Below the pieces are notes generated by a model. The model was not told where the DNA came from. It saw only the letters and a program-made list of their open reading frames with translations, and made no database searches. A program made the position numbers and the translations under genes. From contig NC_068996.1 in NCBI RefSeq assembly GCF_001194135.2, positions 8,243,683 through 8,307,682 of the forward strand: a stretch of DNA of 64,000 nt, in the 5' to 3' direction. This document shows, piece by piece, positions 37,621 through 51,503 of the stretch (its first letter is position 1; every line of letters begins with the position of its first letter). Origin of the DNA: Octopus bimaculoides (lineage: Eukaryota).

Positions 37621-39744
37621 GCTATGATCTGAACCAAATCATTGTCAGTGACAGATATCAATTTATAAAATTGCTACTAAATGCAGTAGTGTACTTATAT
37701 AAACCATGCAATCCTTTTATTAACATTTTTGAATTGTGTTTTGGTATTTACAAAGTTGAGTGGTTGACTGACTCCCAAAATTCTGACCACATATTTTGTA
37801 ACTAGTCCGCATTGTTCAATGATCCCAAGTACTTAACTGTAGTAGTTCTACCCAACAGTAAAATAGCTCCCAAAAACGAATTAAATCATATTCAGCATTT
37901 TGAAACCCTCAGAACTCAATTTAGCTCTAAAGAGCCACCATGTAAAAAGCATCCATGCTTGAGCCACATGAAAAAAGTACCCGTGTTGACTCATGAAAAG
38001 CATTAAGTACACTCTGTAAAGGCGGTTGGTGTTAGCAAAGGCATCAAGCTGTAGAAACCATGCCAAAACAGACAATTGTAGCCTGGTGCAGCCCTTCAGC
38101 TTCCCAACTCCTGTAAAACTATCCAACCCATGCCGTCATAGAAAACAGACATTAAATGATGATGATGATCACTGAAATTACAAACGGTTCCGTGATATGA
38201 AGTTGGGCAATAAAGTGTTCTGATTTTTTCTTTAAAAATGATACACTCACTAATAAACTTGTTGCTTTTAATTCTGTGCAAATAGATATTTTTCATTGGG
38301 TTTGCCATTGTAGCGACCATTTTTCACTGGGTAACTTCTTTCATATCATTGGTTCATCAAATTTAAGGGCTTCACTTGCATATGCAAGAACAAAGGATGA
38401 TTTATATGAATCAGAAATTTCTCTTCTAACATTTTGATAAACACAGTCCATATTTTTAACTTCATCGTTCTCAGACACATTGCAAAGAGCTTTCACAAGA
38501 TACACATACATGTCAGTTTCCCCTTTCTCCCCCTCTCTACTCATCTAATTAAAGTACGTGATACTCAGCTAAACGTTTTTTTAAATTTTTTGTGTTTGTT
38601 TCATATGATTGTGTTTACATAGCTATGCTGAACTACTTGTATAAACTTCATTGGGCTTATGTACTCTTAACCTTTTGGAAATATTCCTTGCATGTGTTTA
38701 ATGGTGCATTCTTGACCCATATCTTCCACGTACAACAGCTGACTTATTATTTATATTAGGTTTTAATTCTCTGAGGATCTTGTGATTTCATAACCTGTCA
38801 TTTTCAGAACATTTCTGCTTGAATCAATTGTCTTGTTTTATTTATTTTATTTCACTCCACTCTCACATTCCCTTTCAATCTGTTGACATTTTATAACATC
38901 ATATGAGCTGATAAATATATAACGGCACTGGTATTTTCTTTTATGGAGAAAAGTAAAATAGAAGATGTATCATTTGTCATCATTGACTATGAAAATGTAT
39001 TTTATGGAGTTTCTCATATTTTCATAGAGTTTGGGTGGTGAGTGCTGTAGAGTAAAAAAAAAAGTAAGCCTGCACTGAAATTGCCAGTGAGCCAGTTTCA
39101 ATTTCAGTTGAGGTCGATTCCATGCACAAATGTCATTACTGCTTGCTCTTGAGAAAGAAAGAAATGTTTCACAAACACTCTTCTTTTTCCATAGAAAGTC
39201 AATAAGTCAATATCTTTAGATTAAAATCTGATTCTGAAATGATTCTCAAATTTCCTGTCAGCTAAATAAATACTTGAATACAGAACACTGTCATAAAGTC
39301 TGCAGTAACAACAACAGCAACGAGCTCAGTCCAAACGTCACACTTCTTTCAATAATGAAGAACAACAGATGATGTCGGTCATCATTGTCATTACTTTTAT
39401 GTCTATTTTTCCATACTGGCATTGGTTTTACAAAATTTCTTGCAGCAGTATTCTTTGACTGGATGTCCTTCCTGGTGTCAATGCTCACAGAGCTATTGTG
39501 TAATTCTCTTCAAACTGCTGTCATCAAATGTTTTGCTTACAAGTGACATAAGTACCTGCCAGCATTGCTGAAATGGTGCCAATGTGAAGATACACAGGTG
39601 TATATTGATGTTAGGAGGGACATCCAGCTGTTAAACCCATGTCAAAGTAGACAGTGGAGTTTAGCACAGTCCTCTTGGCTTAGCACCCTCTGTCAAACCA
39701 TCCAACCCATGCCAACATGGAAGACAGATGTTAAATGATGATGA

Positions 39745-39789
<45 letters not shown>

Positions 39790-40560
39790 CAGCGGTAGTA
39801 TCTGAGTATTTATTTTCTTCTTTGCTGAATGCTTCCTTTATGGTGATGCTGTTGATGACTCTGTAGACCAATTCTTGCATAGAATTGATGGCATTGATTG
39901 CATGGCAATGTTGGTGAAAGGTGAGGTTGATTTTGTCAAGTCTTTCTCTCCTGTCATTTGCTTTCTTTCTGTTCTCTTTTGGAGTTTCAAATTTTTGGTT
40001 CTGATGGTGATAGAACACTGCCACTGAGTATGGTCTTGGGCTTGTGTTTCAAATGATTTAGGCTTGAGTCCAGTGGACTTTAATGTTGCTTTGGGTTGGT
40101 CCTTGTATTCTCCTGAAGTGAGCTCATCGAATAAAGACTTGGCATGGAAACCTTGACTCTTCTATTCTTGCTTCATGTCCTGACCATCGAAGATGGTGTT
40201 CCGTGATTAGCAATTTGAAAACTTTGTTGGCTCTTTCCAGAACTTTGATGTCGGTCACATAGCGTTGCCATTTGATGCTCAGATTGAACAAAGCTTTTGT
40301 TGGTGAAACCATTCTAATATTTAGATGTTGCAACGATATAGAGTCCAGGTTTTGCAACCATATAAGCAAGGTTGAAATGACAGCAGTATTATAGACCATA
40401 TATATATGTATACACACACACATGCATGTATATATAACCATAACCAAAATGTCAGCTGTCACTCATAATCAAGCCGACTTGGTAACATGTGCTATGCTTT
40501 TTGATAATTCTTTTTGATGCATATGTAGTTACAAGCAGACATTGACACCATCTTGGTCAT
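39790..40560 (-). mobile_element. RTE-clade LINE 3' fragment
   Basis: VYNTAVISTLL...LSIKWQRYVTDIKVLERA...HHLRWSGHEARIEESRFPCQVF followed by a decayed C-terminal Cys/His region. Confidence 0.8.
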
Positions 40561-41589
40561 CCTGTTCTTGACCTAGTGTTCATTGAGGATGAGACAGCCA
40601 GAAGGAAAGAAAGCAACACTCAACTCGTTTTCTACTGACTTGACTGGAGTAGCATGAAATGAACATCCTTGGTGATCCTGGAATCAAAACCTGTGATTTT
40701 ATGATTGTGAGCTCAACTCACTAATCACCTGACTGTGCACATTCACAAACAAACAGAAATGTTTGCATGCAATTGTAACTACATATATACATACATGCAT
40801 GGGGGGGGGGAGTGTCACTTCGATTCCACCTAATGATTACATTTAAGGTACATGTATCTGTGGGATACTCAACCACTTGAATTGTAGTTCAATGAATTGG
40901 TAGTGCGGTTAATTGAAACCAACAGAGGATTGATTTACATTTGTGTGTGTGTGTGTGCAGCTGTATTTAACTGCAGTTATGTGTGATTGTGTATGTATAT
41001 GTGTGTTCAGGTGTGTGTGTGTGTGTAAGTAAAACTTTGTCAGTTTCTTGTTTCACCTACTAAAAGGTAGTGTCTGAAAACTTGTGCTAATGCTTACTTA
41101 AGTGTCTGCTTTTTGTGCAGAAGGTATTTAACAGTTAATTGTCTTCTCAATATTTCTATTCCACTTCAACCAGTGTACATTTATACATTTATTTAGTAAC
41201 TCCCTCATCACGTTTTTGGCATGTACAATAGTGCTTATGCTTAGCTGAAGAAGTCATTATAAAACTGAAACATGTGTGGAGTTGTCTCCCATCCTTACTA
41301 AAATAATTAAAAGACTATTAGTTACTGACTATTATTTTTTACCCCTCTCTTATCTCATAATTATTTCTAGTTAGTTTTTTTTTAATACTCCCTGTAAAAA
41401 AATTATTAATACTAACATAGTGCTCCAGCATGACCACAGTCACTTGGCTGAACCGCATAAATAAATAAATATTATATTTCTATGTGGGTTGTGCCTCTTC
41501 ACTGAGTATTTTCTTTCTGTGTTTGCTTTGAATGTAAAAACAAATCCTGTTACATTTCATTTCTATGTAAAACATTAGAATTTTAGTTA

Positions 41590-41937
41590 CGTGATTATCT
41601 TGATGGTGGTGGTGGTGGTGGTAATGATGATGATAGTGATGGTGGTGGTGGTTAGGCTAGCAGTAGTGGGGAATGCAGTGATGATTGGAATGGTGGTGGT
41701 GGTGGTGGTAGTAGTAGTAGTAGTTGTGGTAGCAATGATAATGATAGAATTGATAGTAACAATGATGACAATGATGACTAATGGTACTTGGTTGTGATGA
41801 GGGTAGGATAATGATAGCAATAATGGTAGTGACGGTGGTGGTGGTGGTAATGATGACAATGACCACAATAACAATGGGCAGTGATTAATTATGATGATCT
41901 AGGAAATGATGATGCTGTAATAACAGGTAGTGAAAAG

Positions 41938-41970
<33 letters not shown>
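41590..41970. repeat. Low-complexity (GAT/GGT/AGT/AAT)n trinucleotide field; similar field at 42920-43340
   Basis: Directly visible. Confidence 0.9.
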
Positions 41971-41974
<4 letters not shown>

Positions 41975-42515
41975 TCTGGTTTTATTGGCCACAAGGGCTA
42001 ATATAAAACAAAAAATGTAAGGACAAACATAGGACGAAATGTACAAAGGGTTTTGCGAAAAAGAAAGAGGTCTGTGTAAACATTAAAAATACAGCGAAAA
42101 ATATAACAAATAAAACTCTCGATAGGGGGAGGCGCTTTGAAAGGTTACTCATGGAAAAACCCATGAAAGCCACGGGAGCCTGGTCAAATGGGGAGAGAGC
42201 CCCTTCTCCTTTTATATTACCTTTTCTTTTTACAGGTGTAACCTCAGAATTGGTCTGTTTATACCGGCCATTTTACCAACATTCACCCACCTTTCAATAA
42301 ATTTGCTACGAGACAGCACTTCCCTCTCTACTCTCATCTTCCTTTTCAAGTGGACCTTGAAAAAGTTGATGAGGCCTTGGCCAAAGAGGAAAGTGTCTGA
42401 CTTTAGCCCTTTCAAATGGGTCCACCATACCACCTCTTTCACTGCAGCCACCAGGCAAATGAAAATTGCCTTGCCCTTCCGGTTAAAGGAGGTCGGCGGG
42501 GCAATCTTCACTTTT
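41971..42515 (-). mobile_element. Tx1/L1-like LINE 3' fragment (ORF2 C-terminus, 3' UTR, AATAAA, (ATT)n tail)
   Basis: KAIFICLVAAVKEVVWWTHLKGL...FFKVHLKRKMRVEREVLSRSKFIERWV then a T-rich UTR ending gcccttgtggccaataaaaccagaattt; (AAT)n on both flanks. Confidence 0.75.
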
Positions 42516-42928
42516 ATAATAATAATAATAATAATAATAATAATCTTTTCTACTAAAAGCACAAGGCCTGAAATTTGGTGGTGGTGGTGGTGGTTAAATT
42601 GATTACATTGACCCCAGTGTGTAACTGGTACTTAATTTATTGACCCCGAATGGATGTAAAGCAAAGTTGACCTTGGTGGAATATAATAATAATAATGATA
42701 ATGATCCTTTCTACTATAGGCACAAAGCCCGGATTTCTGTGGAGAGGGGGACAGTTGATCGCATCGACCCAGTACTCAACTGGTACTTAATTTATCGACC
42801 CTGAGAGGATGAAAGGCAAAGTTGACCTGGGCAGAATTTGAACTCAGAACGTAGCGATTGGCAAAATACTGCTAAGCATGTTGTTGAGCATGCTAACGAT
42901 TCTGCCCACTTGCCACCTTGATATAATG

Positions 42929-42972
<44 letters not shown>

Positions 42973-44003
42973 AATGGTGATGGTGGTGATGGTGGTGGAA
43001 GGTGAATTTTAAATTGATGGGTAGTGGTGAGGTCCGTAATGATGATGGTAGCGGTGGTGGTGGTGATGTTGACGGATGGTAAGAATTAAAATGATGGGGA
43101 CTGATGACTAATTAGGGTGATGGTGACAATGGTGGTGGTGGTGGTGATATGGATAATGGTAGTAGTTATAAAAATATTGATTATGACGGTGGCTACGATG
43201 ACTACGGTGATGGCGACCGCGATGACAACAGTCAAGAATGGTGGGGTTGAGGTTGGATGGGTGGGCAGGGGTCAGTATAGAGAAAAAAACAAACAAGCAA
43301 TGTAATTGAGTAGGGGGTGGCAGAGGTAGGAGGTGGGGTGGGGGTAGGGGGCACTGCGTAAAAAAAAAAGTCAGNNNNNNNNNNNNNNNNNNNNNNNNNN
43401 NNNNNNNNNNNNNNNNNNNNNNNNNNNNNNNNNNNNNNNNNNNNNNNNNNNNNNNNNNNNNNNNNNNNNNNNNNNNNNNNNNNNNNNNNNNNNNNNNNNN
43501 NNNNNNNNNNNNNNNNNNNNNNNNNNNNNNNNNNNNNNNNNNNNNNNNNNNNNNNNNNNNNNNNNNNNNNNNNNNNNNNNNNNNNNNNNNNNNNNNNNNN
43601 NNNNNNNNNNNNNNNNNNNNNNNNNNNNNNNNNNNNNNNNNNNNNNNNNNNNNNNNNNNNNNNNNNNNNNNNNNNNNNNNNNNNNNNNNNNNNNNNNNNN
43701 NNNNNNNNNNNNNNNNNNNNNNNNNNNNNNNNNNNNNNNNNNNNNNNNNNNNNNNNNNNNNNNNNNNNNNNNNNNNNNNNNNNNNNNNNNNNNNNNNNNN
43801 NNNNNNNNNNNNNNNNNNNNNNNNNNNNNNNNNNNNNNNNNNNNNNNNNNNNNNNNNNNNNNNNNNNNNNNNNNNNNNNNNNNNNNNNNNNNNNNNNNNN
43901 NNNNNNNNNNNNNNNNNNNNNNNNNNNNNNNNNNNNNNNNNNNNNNNNNNNNNNNNNNNNNTTTTTTTTTTTTTTTTTTGATTTATCCATCTATTTATGT
44001 ATT

Positions 44004-44038
<35 letters not shown>

Positions 44039-45231
44039 TTTGTCTTTAACCTCTGCGTAGAAGCACATCTGCTGTTGCAGAAGTGGTTTGTGTGTCAACC
44101 GTTGGGTTGATACCTAACAACATTTTGCTGGAGCAAGCAGGTTTTGTTGACAAAGCTGATGTCTGCTTTTCTATTTGTAGAAGCTCTCTCTCTCTCCCTC
44201 TCAGGCACTCTCACTCTGTCTGTCTATCTGTCTCTCTCTCTCTCTCACTCCCCTATTCTTAATCATTGCGTTTCTTGCTGTCTTTCTCTTGTATCTTCTC
44301 TTTTCCTATTTTCTCTTTATCAGTTTTATCTTTATCTACTTCTCTCTCTTTTCTATCTTTCTCTCTCTCTCTCTCTCTCTCTGTATTGTATCTCACCCTG
44401 CCTTTCTCTTGTCTTTTCTCTTTTCCTATATACCTATCTTATCTTTCTCTCTCTCCGTTCATGCATGCACACACACACATGCTTCCCCCCCTCTCTCTCT
44501 CCCTGCTCACGCATGCACACACACACACACTCTGTCTCTGTCTCTCTCTCCTTCTCTCATCCCCCCATCTCCCTCAGCAAGCTATTGCCGTCTTGGAGAA
44601 ACACACAGACTCCTAAATAATATAAAGCATGTTGAATGGGTGGAACCCCAGACAAAAGTAGGTCTTGTGATGTCTAGTGACAGGCCCTTTGCATTCCAAG
44701 TTCAAATTCTCTTTAGGTTGGTTTTTACCCCACCACCTTCCCTCGTCAAGTCCTTCTGGTTGTTGATAAAATATCAAATAGTTGAGCTTTATTGAACCAA
44801 CTGTGCCTTCTCCTCAGATGCTAACCTAATTTTTAAGGGCTGTTTTTTACCTTTACTTCATACTCTTTCTTTCTCTCTTTCTCTTTCTTGCTCTTTCTCT
44901 CTCTCTCTCTCATCAAGCAAAATGACATTCTTTTATCTTCTTCTTTTTCGTCTTTTATTTTTTACTTGTTTCAGTCATATTAGACTGTGGCCATACTGGG
45001 GCACTGCTTCATAGGGCTTAGTTGAACAGGTCTGCCATAGTACATTTTTTTTTCTTTTTTTAAAATTCTGGTACTTATTTTGTCATTGTCCTTTTGCTGA
45101 ACTTCTAAGTTATGGGGATGTAAACAAACCAACACTGGTGGTCAAGCAGTGGTGGTGGGCAAGCCCAAAGACATAGATATATACATATATATATGTATGT
45201 ATACATATGTACATGTATATATATATGTATG

Positions 45232-45279
<48 letters not shown>

Positions 45280-46055
45280 GTATGTATATATATATATATA
45301 TGTATGTATGTATGTATATATATATATATATGTATGTATGTATATATATATATATATGTATGTATGTATATATATATATATNNNNNNNNNNNNNNNNNNN
45401 NNNNNNNNNNNNNNNNNNNNNNNNNNNNNNNNNNNNNNNNNNNNNNNNNNNNNNNNNNNNNNNNNNNNNNNNNNNNNNNNNNNNNNNNNNNNNNNNNNNN
45501 NNNNNNNNNNNNNNNNNNNNNNNNNNNNNNNNNNNNNNNNNNNNNNNNNNNNNNNNNNNNNNNNNNNNNNNNNNNNNNNNNNNNNNNNNNNNNNNNNNNN
45601 NNNNNNNNNNNNNNNNNNNNNNNNNNNNNNNNNNNNNNNNNNNNNNNNNNNNNNNNNNNNNNNNNNNNNNNNNNNNNNNNNNNNNNNNNNNNNNNNNNNN
45701 NNNNNNNNNNNNNNNNNNNNNNNNNNNNNNNNNNNNNNNNNNNNNNNNNNNNNNNNNNNNNNNNNNNNNNNNNNNNNNNNNNNNNNNNNNNNNNNNNNNN
45801 NNNNNNNNNNNNNNNNNNNNNNNNNNNNNNNNNNNNNNNNNNNNNNNNNNNNNNNNNNNNNNNNNNNNNNNNNNNNNNNNNNNNNNNNNNNNNNNNNNNN
45901 NNNNNNNNNNNNNNNNNNNNNNNNNNNNNNNNNNNNNNNNNNNNNNNNNNNNNNNNNNNNNNNNNNNNNNNNNNNNNNNNNNNNNNNNNNNNNNNNNNNN
46001 NNNNNNNNNNNNNNNNNNNNNNNNNNNNNNNNNNNNNNNNNNNNNNNNNNNNNNN

Positions 46056-46116
<61 letters not shown>

Positions 46117-46390
46117 GTACACACATATATACACACGCACACACACACACATATACATAGATATATATATATGATAGGCTTCTTTCAGTTTCCATCTACC
46201 TAATCTACTCACAAGGCTTTAGTCTGCCCAAGGAAGCAAAGATTCATATTACCACATATTTTTTCCTGTTACATATTTATTTTCACCTCATTGTTCCAAG
46301 TTCAAACCCCCACTGAGGTCAGTTTTCCCATTCTTCCTTCCAGACCCAATAAAATGAAACACCGGTCAAATAAGAATAATGATTTCTTAG

Positions 46391-46789
46391 TAGTAAAGAT
46401 TGTTTGCCAACATAACATGGCAGTCCTAGTTTAGGACGAATGTTGCTGTAATTTAGCCCAAGGAGACATTGTCTCCAGCTGGCTATACAACACGATCTGT
46501 GTCCTTACATTTTTGAACAAGGGAATCTAGCACCCCCACTCAGCTCAAAACAAAATATCTGTTTATCACGATTTCTGGGTTATTTCTCTTCATCAGCACA
46601 GAATAATTGTTCAAAAATATGACACAGATCGTGTCATATAGCCAGCTGGAGCTGATGTCCCCTGGGGCTAAATTACAGCAACATTCATCCTAAATCAGGA
46701 CTGCCATTTTATGTTGGCAAACAATCTTTACTCCAAAGTACTGTTGCAGAATATCTCACATTGTGAAATTTAAAAATAGTAATTTTCCC
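46391..46789. mobile_element. Foldback element, longest copy, flanked by a 13-bp direct repeat
   Basis: Arms about 46392-46507 and 46618-46733 are inverted repeats; aatgatttcttag at 46378-46390 and 46790-46802. Confidence 0.8.
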
Positions 46790-47710
46790 AATGATTTCTT
46801 AGATATTGGCACAAGACGTCAAATATTTTAGGCAGAAGAGTATATTCTTCAATATCAATCCTTAATACCTTGCCGGTACTTATTTTATCACCTTTTCCTT
46901 TGAAAGATGAGAAAGCTATGCCTGGCTTGGCAAGATTTGAACTCAGAATTTGTATTTGCCAGAGACGATTTTTAAAAGGAGAATATCTGAGTTCAAATTC
47001 TGTTGTTGCCAGAATCATTACACTATCATTACACTATCTAGCTCTTTACATTCTGAGTTGGGGTATTGTTGAGGTCAGCTTTCCTTTTCATTCTTTTGGG
47101 GGGACAATAGAATAAAAAGTATCAGTTAACTAGGCTTTGGTGTGATTGACTAACTCCTAGCCTCAAAATATCTGGTCTTGTGCCTAAATTAGAAGCTACC
47201 ATTATTCGACAAGTGGTTTGTCAGAATTGCTAGAACAATGAACAAAATACCCTGGGATATTCCTTCAGGCTCTTTACAAAGGTCGACTTTACTTTTTATC
47301 CTTTTGGAGTTTGATCTAGTACTGAACAAGAATTCTGGATTATTCCATTTTGTTTTACGCAATTTTTGAGAATGGTTTGGTTCATTTTTAGTATTCGTGT
47401 TTGTGAGAGCAGTTGAATTTATTTAAGATATTCTCCTTTTAAAAATCGTCTCTGGCTAATCGTTGAGAGGACGTTGGTGTTGCCTTGGCAAAGGTTTACG
47501 CTCTCTGAGTACTCTTATTATTATTATTATTATTACTGGCATTTCGTCTGCTTTGATGTTCTGAGTTCAAATTCTGCTGAAATTGACTTCGCCTTTCGTC
47601 CTTTCGGAGTTGATGAATTAAGTACCAGTCAAGTATAGGGTTGATGTGAATGACTTATCCTCTCCCCCAAATTTCAGGCCTTGTGCCTATAGTAGAAAGC
47701 ATTATCATCA

Positions 47711-47751
<41 letters not shown>

Positions 47752-48546
47752 ATTATTATTATTGTTATTATTATTATTCCCTGGATTGACAAAATCTTTA
47801 AGGCATTGAACAAAATAATTTGTGTCATTTGTTCTGTGTTCAAATCTTACTGAGATCAACTTTGCTTTCATCCATTTGTGGTTGATGAAATAATTTTTGG
47901 GGCCTTTCTAATTGTTGTTACCAGTTTTTTTATTTTGTTATTTCAAATGAAATATTGGGGTCGATTCATTTGACTAAAATTCTTGAAGGTAGTGCTCCAG
48001 TATGGCCATTGTCTAATGACTGAAACAATTTAAAGAATAAAAAAATAGCTGCCTATAGGCGCAGGAGTGGCTCTGTGGTAAGAAGCTTGCTTCCCAACCA
48101 TATGGTTCCAGGTTCANNNNNNNNNNTATAAACATAATCGACCACATATAACGCGCAAAACTGTGCACTTGCTGGTAGGCTGCGATTTGATGTGGTGGAT
48201 ATTACTCTCAAAACGAAAGATGTTAGAACACCTGAAAGTCATGGACAGGCGAGCCAACTCACCCCAAATCCCATTCAGGAGTGATGGGCATTGATGTTTC
48301 ACTATTTTGTGGCTTGTGAACATCACGTACCCGAACTGAATCGGAGGTGAATCGTACCGCCAGTACACAGTTTATATGCATATAGTTTGAAGATTATATT
48401 CTGGTATGCACAGACAATGCATACTTAATAATAAATTCAAATATAAAAATTGAAGCAACACTAGTGTAATAACATTATCGAATATGCATACTTAAAGTAC
48501 ATGCGCCCTGTATTTGCAAGTACGCTGCGATTTAGTGTGGTGGAAG

Positions 48547-48619
<73 letters not shown>

Positions 48620-48626
<7 letters not shown>

Positions 48627-49033
48627 CTGAATGGCTGTGTGGTAAGTAGCTTGCTTACCAGCCACATGGTTCGGGGTTCAGTCCCACTGCGTGGCACCTT
48701 GGGCAAGTGTCTTCTACTATAGCCTCGAGCCGACCAAAGCCTTGTGAGTGGATTTGGTAGACGGAAACTGAAAGAAGACCGTCGTATATATGTATATGTA
48801 TATATATGTGTGTCTGTGTTTGTCCCCCCAACATCGCTTGATAACCGATGCTGGTGTGTTTACGTCCCCTAAACTAGCAGTTCGGCAAAAGAGACCGATA
48901 GAATAAGTACTAGACTTACAAAGANNNNNNNNNNACCGATAGAATAAGTACTAGGCTTACAAAGAATAAGTCCTGGGATCGAATAGTTCAACTAAAAGTG
49001 GTGCTCCAGCTTGGCTGCAGTCAAATAACTGAA
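48620..49033 (+). mobile_element. SINE family A young copy (small gap with duplicated flank inside)
   Basis: Near-consensus head, body and tail. Confidence 0.9.
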
Positions 49034-49829
49034 GCAAATAAAAGAGTAAAAGTGTTTACCTTTTTGTTTAATGTTAGACAGTTGACTCCATACCTCAGAG
49101 GGAGAAATGAGAAAATGAGATCTTAAATTTTTTTGCTGTTAATCTCACTTTATTTACTTTTAATGATATTTACCTGGCTGGTGAGAAAATAACTGCAATT
49201 GTTATGCATCAACTTCAAAGCAATATACCTAAACACAACATAAATTGCATTAATCATGATAATATCCATCAAAATCTAGACACTTTTACTGACAAAAACA
49301 AGTATATTCTGGTGACATAGGATTCTGGAATCTTGGAACCAGTAAATTTCTCAAAGACGTTTCATACTTTTGTTGAAGTTATTGAGATATTTGGAAAAGT
49401 GTTAGTTGATTGGAGAGGAGTCTATGGAATTGGTTGAATAAGATAGTTATGTAGTCCAGTTCATTCAATTTCTGTGGACATAGTTGGAGAACAACTGCTC
49501 CTTTTTTTGCTAGATGTAAATGTTGTTGTTCTTCATGCATTTTGTCAATTTCATAGTTGTATTTCTCTGTTGCAATAATTTTGCAGGATTCAAGAAATAA
49601 TGGATTATTTCAGTTGTCAACTAACCAGCACTGACCATATTTTTTTATTTTACTTGCAGCTTCAGTTTGGGAAAGTGATTGGGTTATTCACTTCTGTTCA
49701 GCCATGGCATAGGATGCTGTCAGTTGTTGCATAGAATTCATTTTAGTATGACCTGTAAATGGAAAATTTTTGTTTTGTAAGTGGGGAGGGGGGGGGAAAG
49801 TGTAGAGTAGTCTCTATAAAGATGTACTT

Positions 49830-50273
49830 TTTTTTCATTCAACCATAGGGTACCCATTTGTTGAGCTATTTTGATGCTCCAATGTGGTATAAATAATATT
49901 GAACAACTATTGAATGGCAGTGTTCAATTCTGACACTCCGCAATTTGTTTTGTGTGGATTTGCTTCGAAAGTGGCCCTCATCTTGGTTGGTGTCAATCAC
50001 TGAAGGTCATCTGTGACCTTTCTCAATTTCAAGGCTTTTATCACCACTACAGAATTTTTCGAACCAATGTTGATCGTTCATTGACTGTCCTCTGCCAAAT
50101 GTTTAGTTGACAATCCAAGAGGTTTCTCTTGTATTGCATAATTAGCATAAATAAATAGAACAAAATCTGTACTTGGGAACGGTATATTACATGAAGATAA
50201 ATAAAAGTTTATTTCAAAATAAACATCAAAGTTTAAGATAACAAAAGCCACCGTTATTTTTACACCAGCCTTA
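49830..50273 (-). mobile_element. Mariner 5' remnant with Hsmar1/MADE1-like TIR
   Basis: TIR taaggctggtgtaaaaataacggtggcttttg resembles ttaggttggtgcaaaagtaattgcggtttttg; remnant peptides RPSVID...FEANP and LNKWVP. Confidence 0.7.
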
Positions 50274-50667
50274 TACATCGGCATCCTGTAGATAATTTAT
50301 GCAGATAATTATATGACTGTTATTGGTTAGTCATTGCCACTGCTTAGTAACACAATATTCTCAACAAGACATGCCAAGCCCACCTAACATTAATAATCAT
50401 TACCTGTTGGTTGGCATTACTCCACTTGATATCAGAAGTGGTGATGCCAGCAAAGTTGAAGAATCAAAAGCACAGGTTTATGGTTATCAACAATTATGAA
50501 GATTAAAATTTACAAAAACACTGACTCATCTCTCATATATATAGATATATAATGGTTATGGGTTAAGTATATGTACGTATATGCATATATAATATATGCC
50601 TGTGTATATGTGTGAGTATATATACACGCACACACACAAACACACGTGTATCCATGCACACACATAT

Positions 50668-51073
50668 ACTCTTTTACTCTTTTACTTGTTTCAGTCATTT
50701 TGACTGTGGCCATGCTGGAGCACCACCTTTAAGTCGAGCAAATCGACCCCAGGACTTATTCTTTGCAAGCCTAGTACTTATTCTATCGGTCTCTTTTGCC
50801 GAACCGCTAAGTTACGGGGACGTAAACACACCAGCATTGGTTGTCAAGCAATGCTAGGAGGGACAAACACAGACACACAAACACACACACACATATATAT
50901 ACATATATACGACAGGCTTCTTTCAGTTTCCTTCTACCAAATCCACTCACAAGGCTTTGGTCGGCCCGAGGCTATAGTAGAAGACACTTGCCCAAGATGC
51001 CACGCAGTGGGACTGAACCCGGAACCATATGGTTGGTAAGCAAGCTACTTACCACATAGCCACTCCTGCGCCT
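50668..51073 (-). mobile_element. SINE family A near full-length young copy
   Basis: Near-consensus; inverted relative to 48620-49033. Confidence 0.9.
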
Positions 51074-51458
51074 GTACATACAAATAAACACTTATATATA
51101 TACATACATGCTCACATAGATTTGTATATGTGCATATGTGTGTTAGGTATGAAAATTATACCTTTTTTTTTTATTATTCAGGTAGTATATAGGACTACCT
51201 TGAGTCATAAATTCACTGCTCTACATTTTTTTAAAAGACAGTATGGTATAATTCGAAAGTAATTTGACTGCTATTCCTAGCAGCTCCTGTGACTTCATAA
51301 CTATCCTGTGATGTTTACATATAGCTTTGTGTTAAATGTTAACAGTTGCTTGATTCTCAAAGACAAGCAAAGATTTTAATTGGTTGAATGTGTACCTGCC
51401 AAGAGGCAACTGTTGATTTTAAGAGTTATTTATCTAAATATGAACCACGCACACACAC

Positions 51459-51503
<45 letters not shown>

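Noticed and set aside
41587-41874. Poly-Thr/Val/His ORFs here and at 43108-43305 and 52590-52784
   Set aside because: Translations of trinucleotide microsatellite fields
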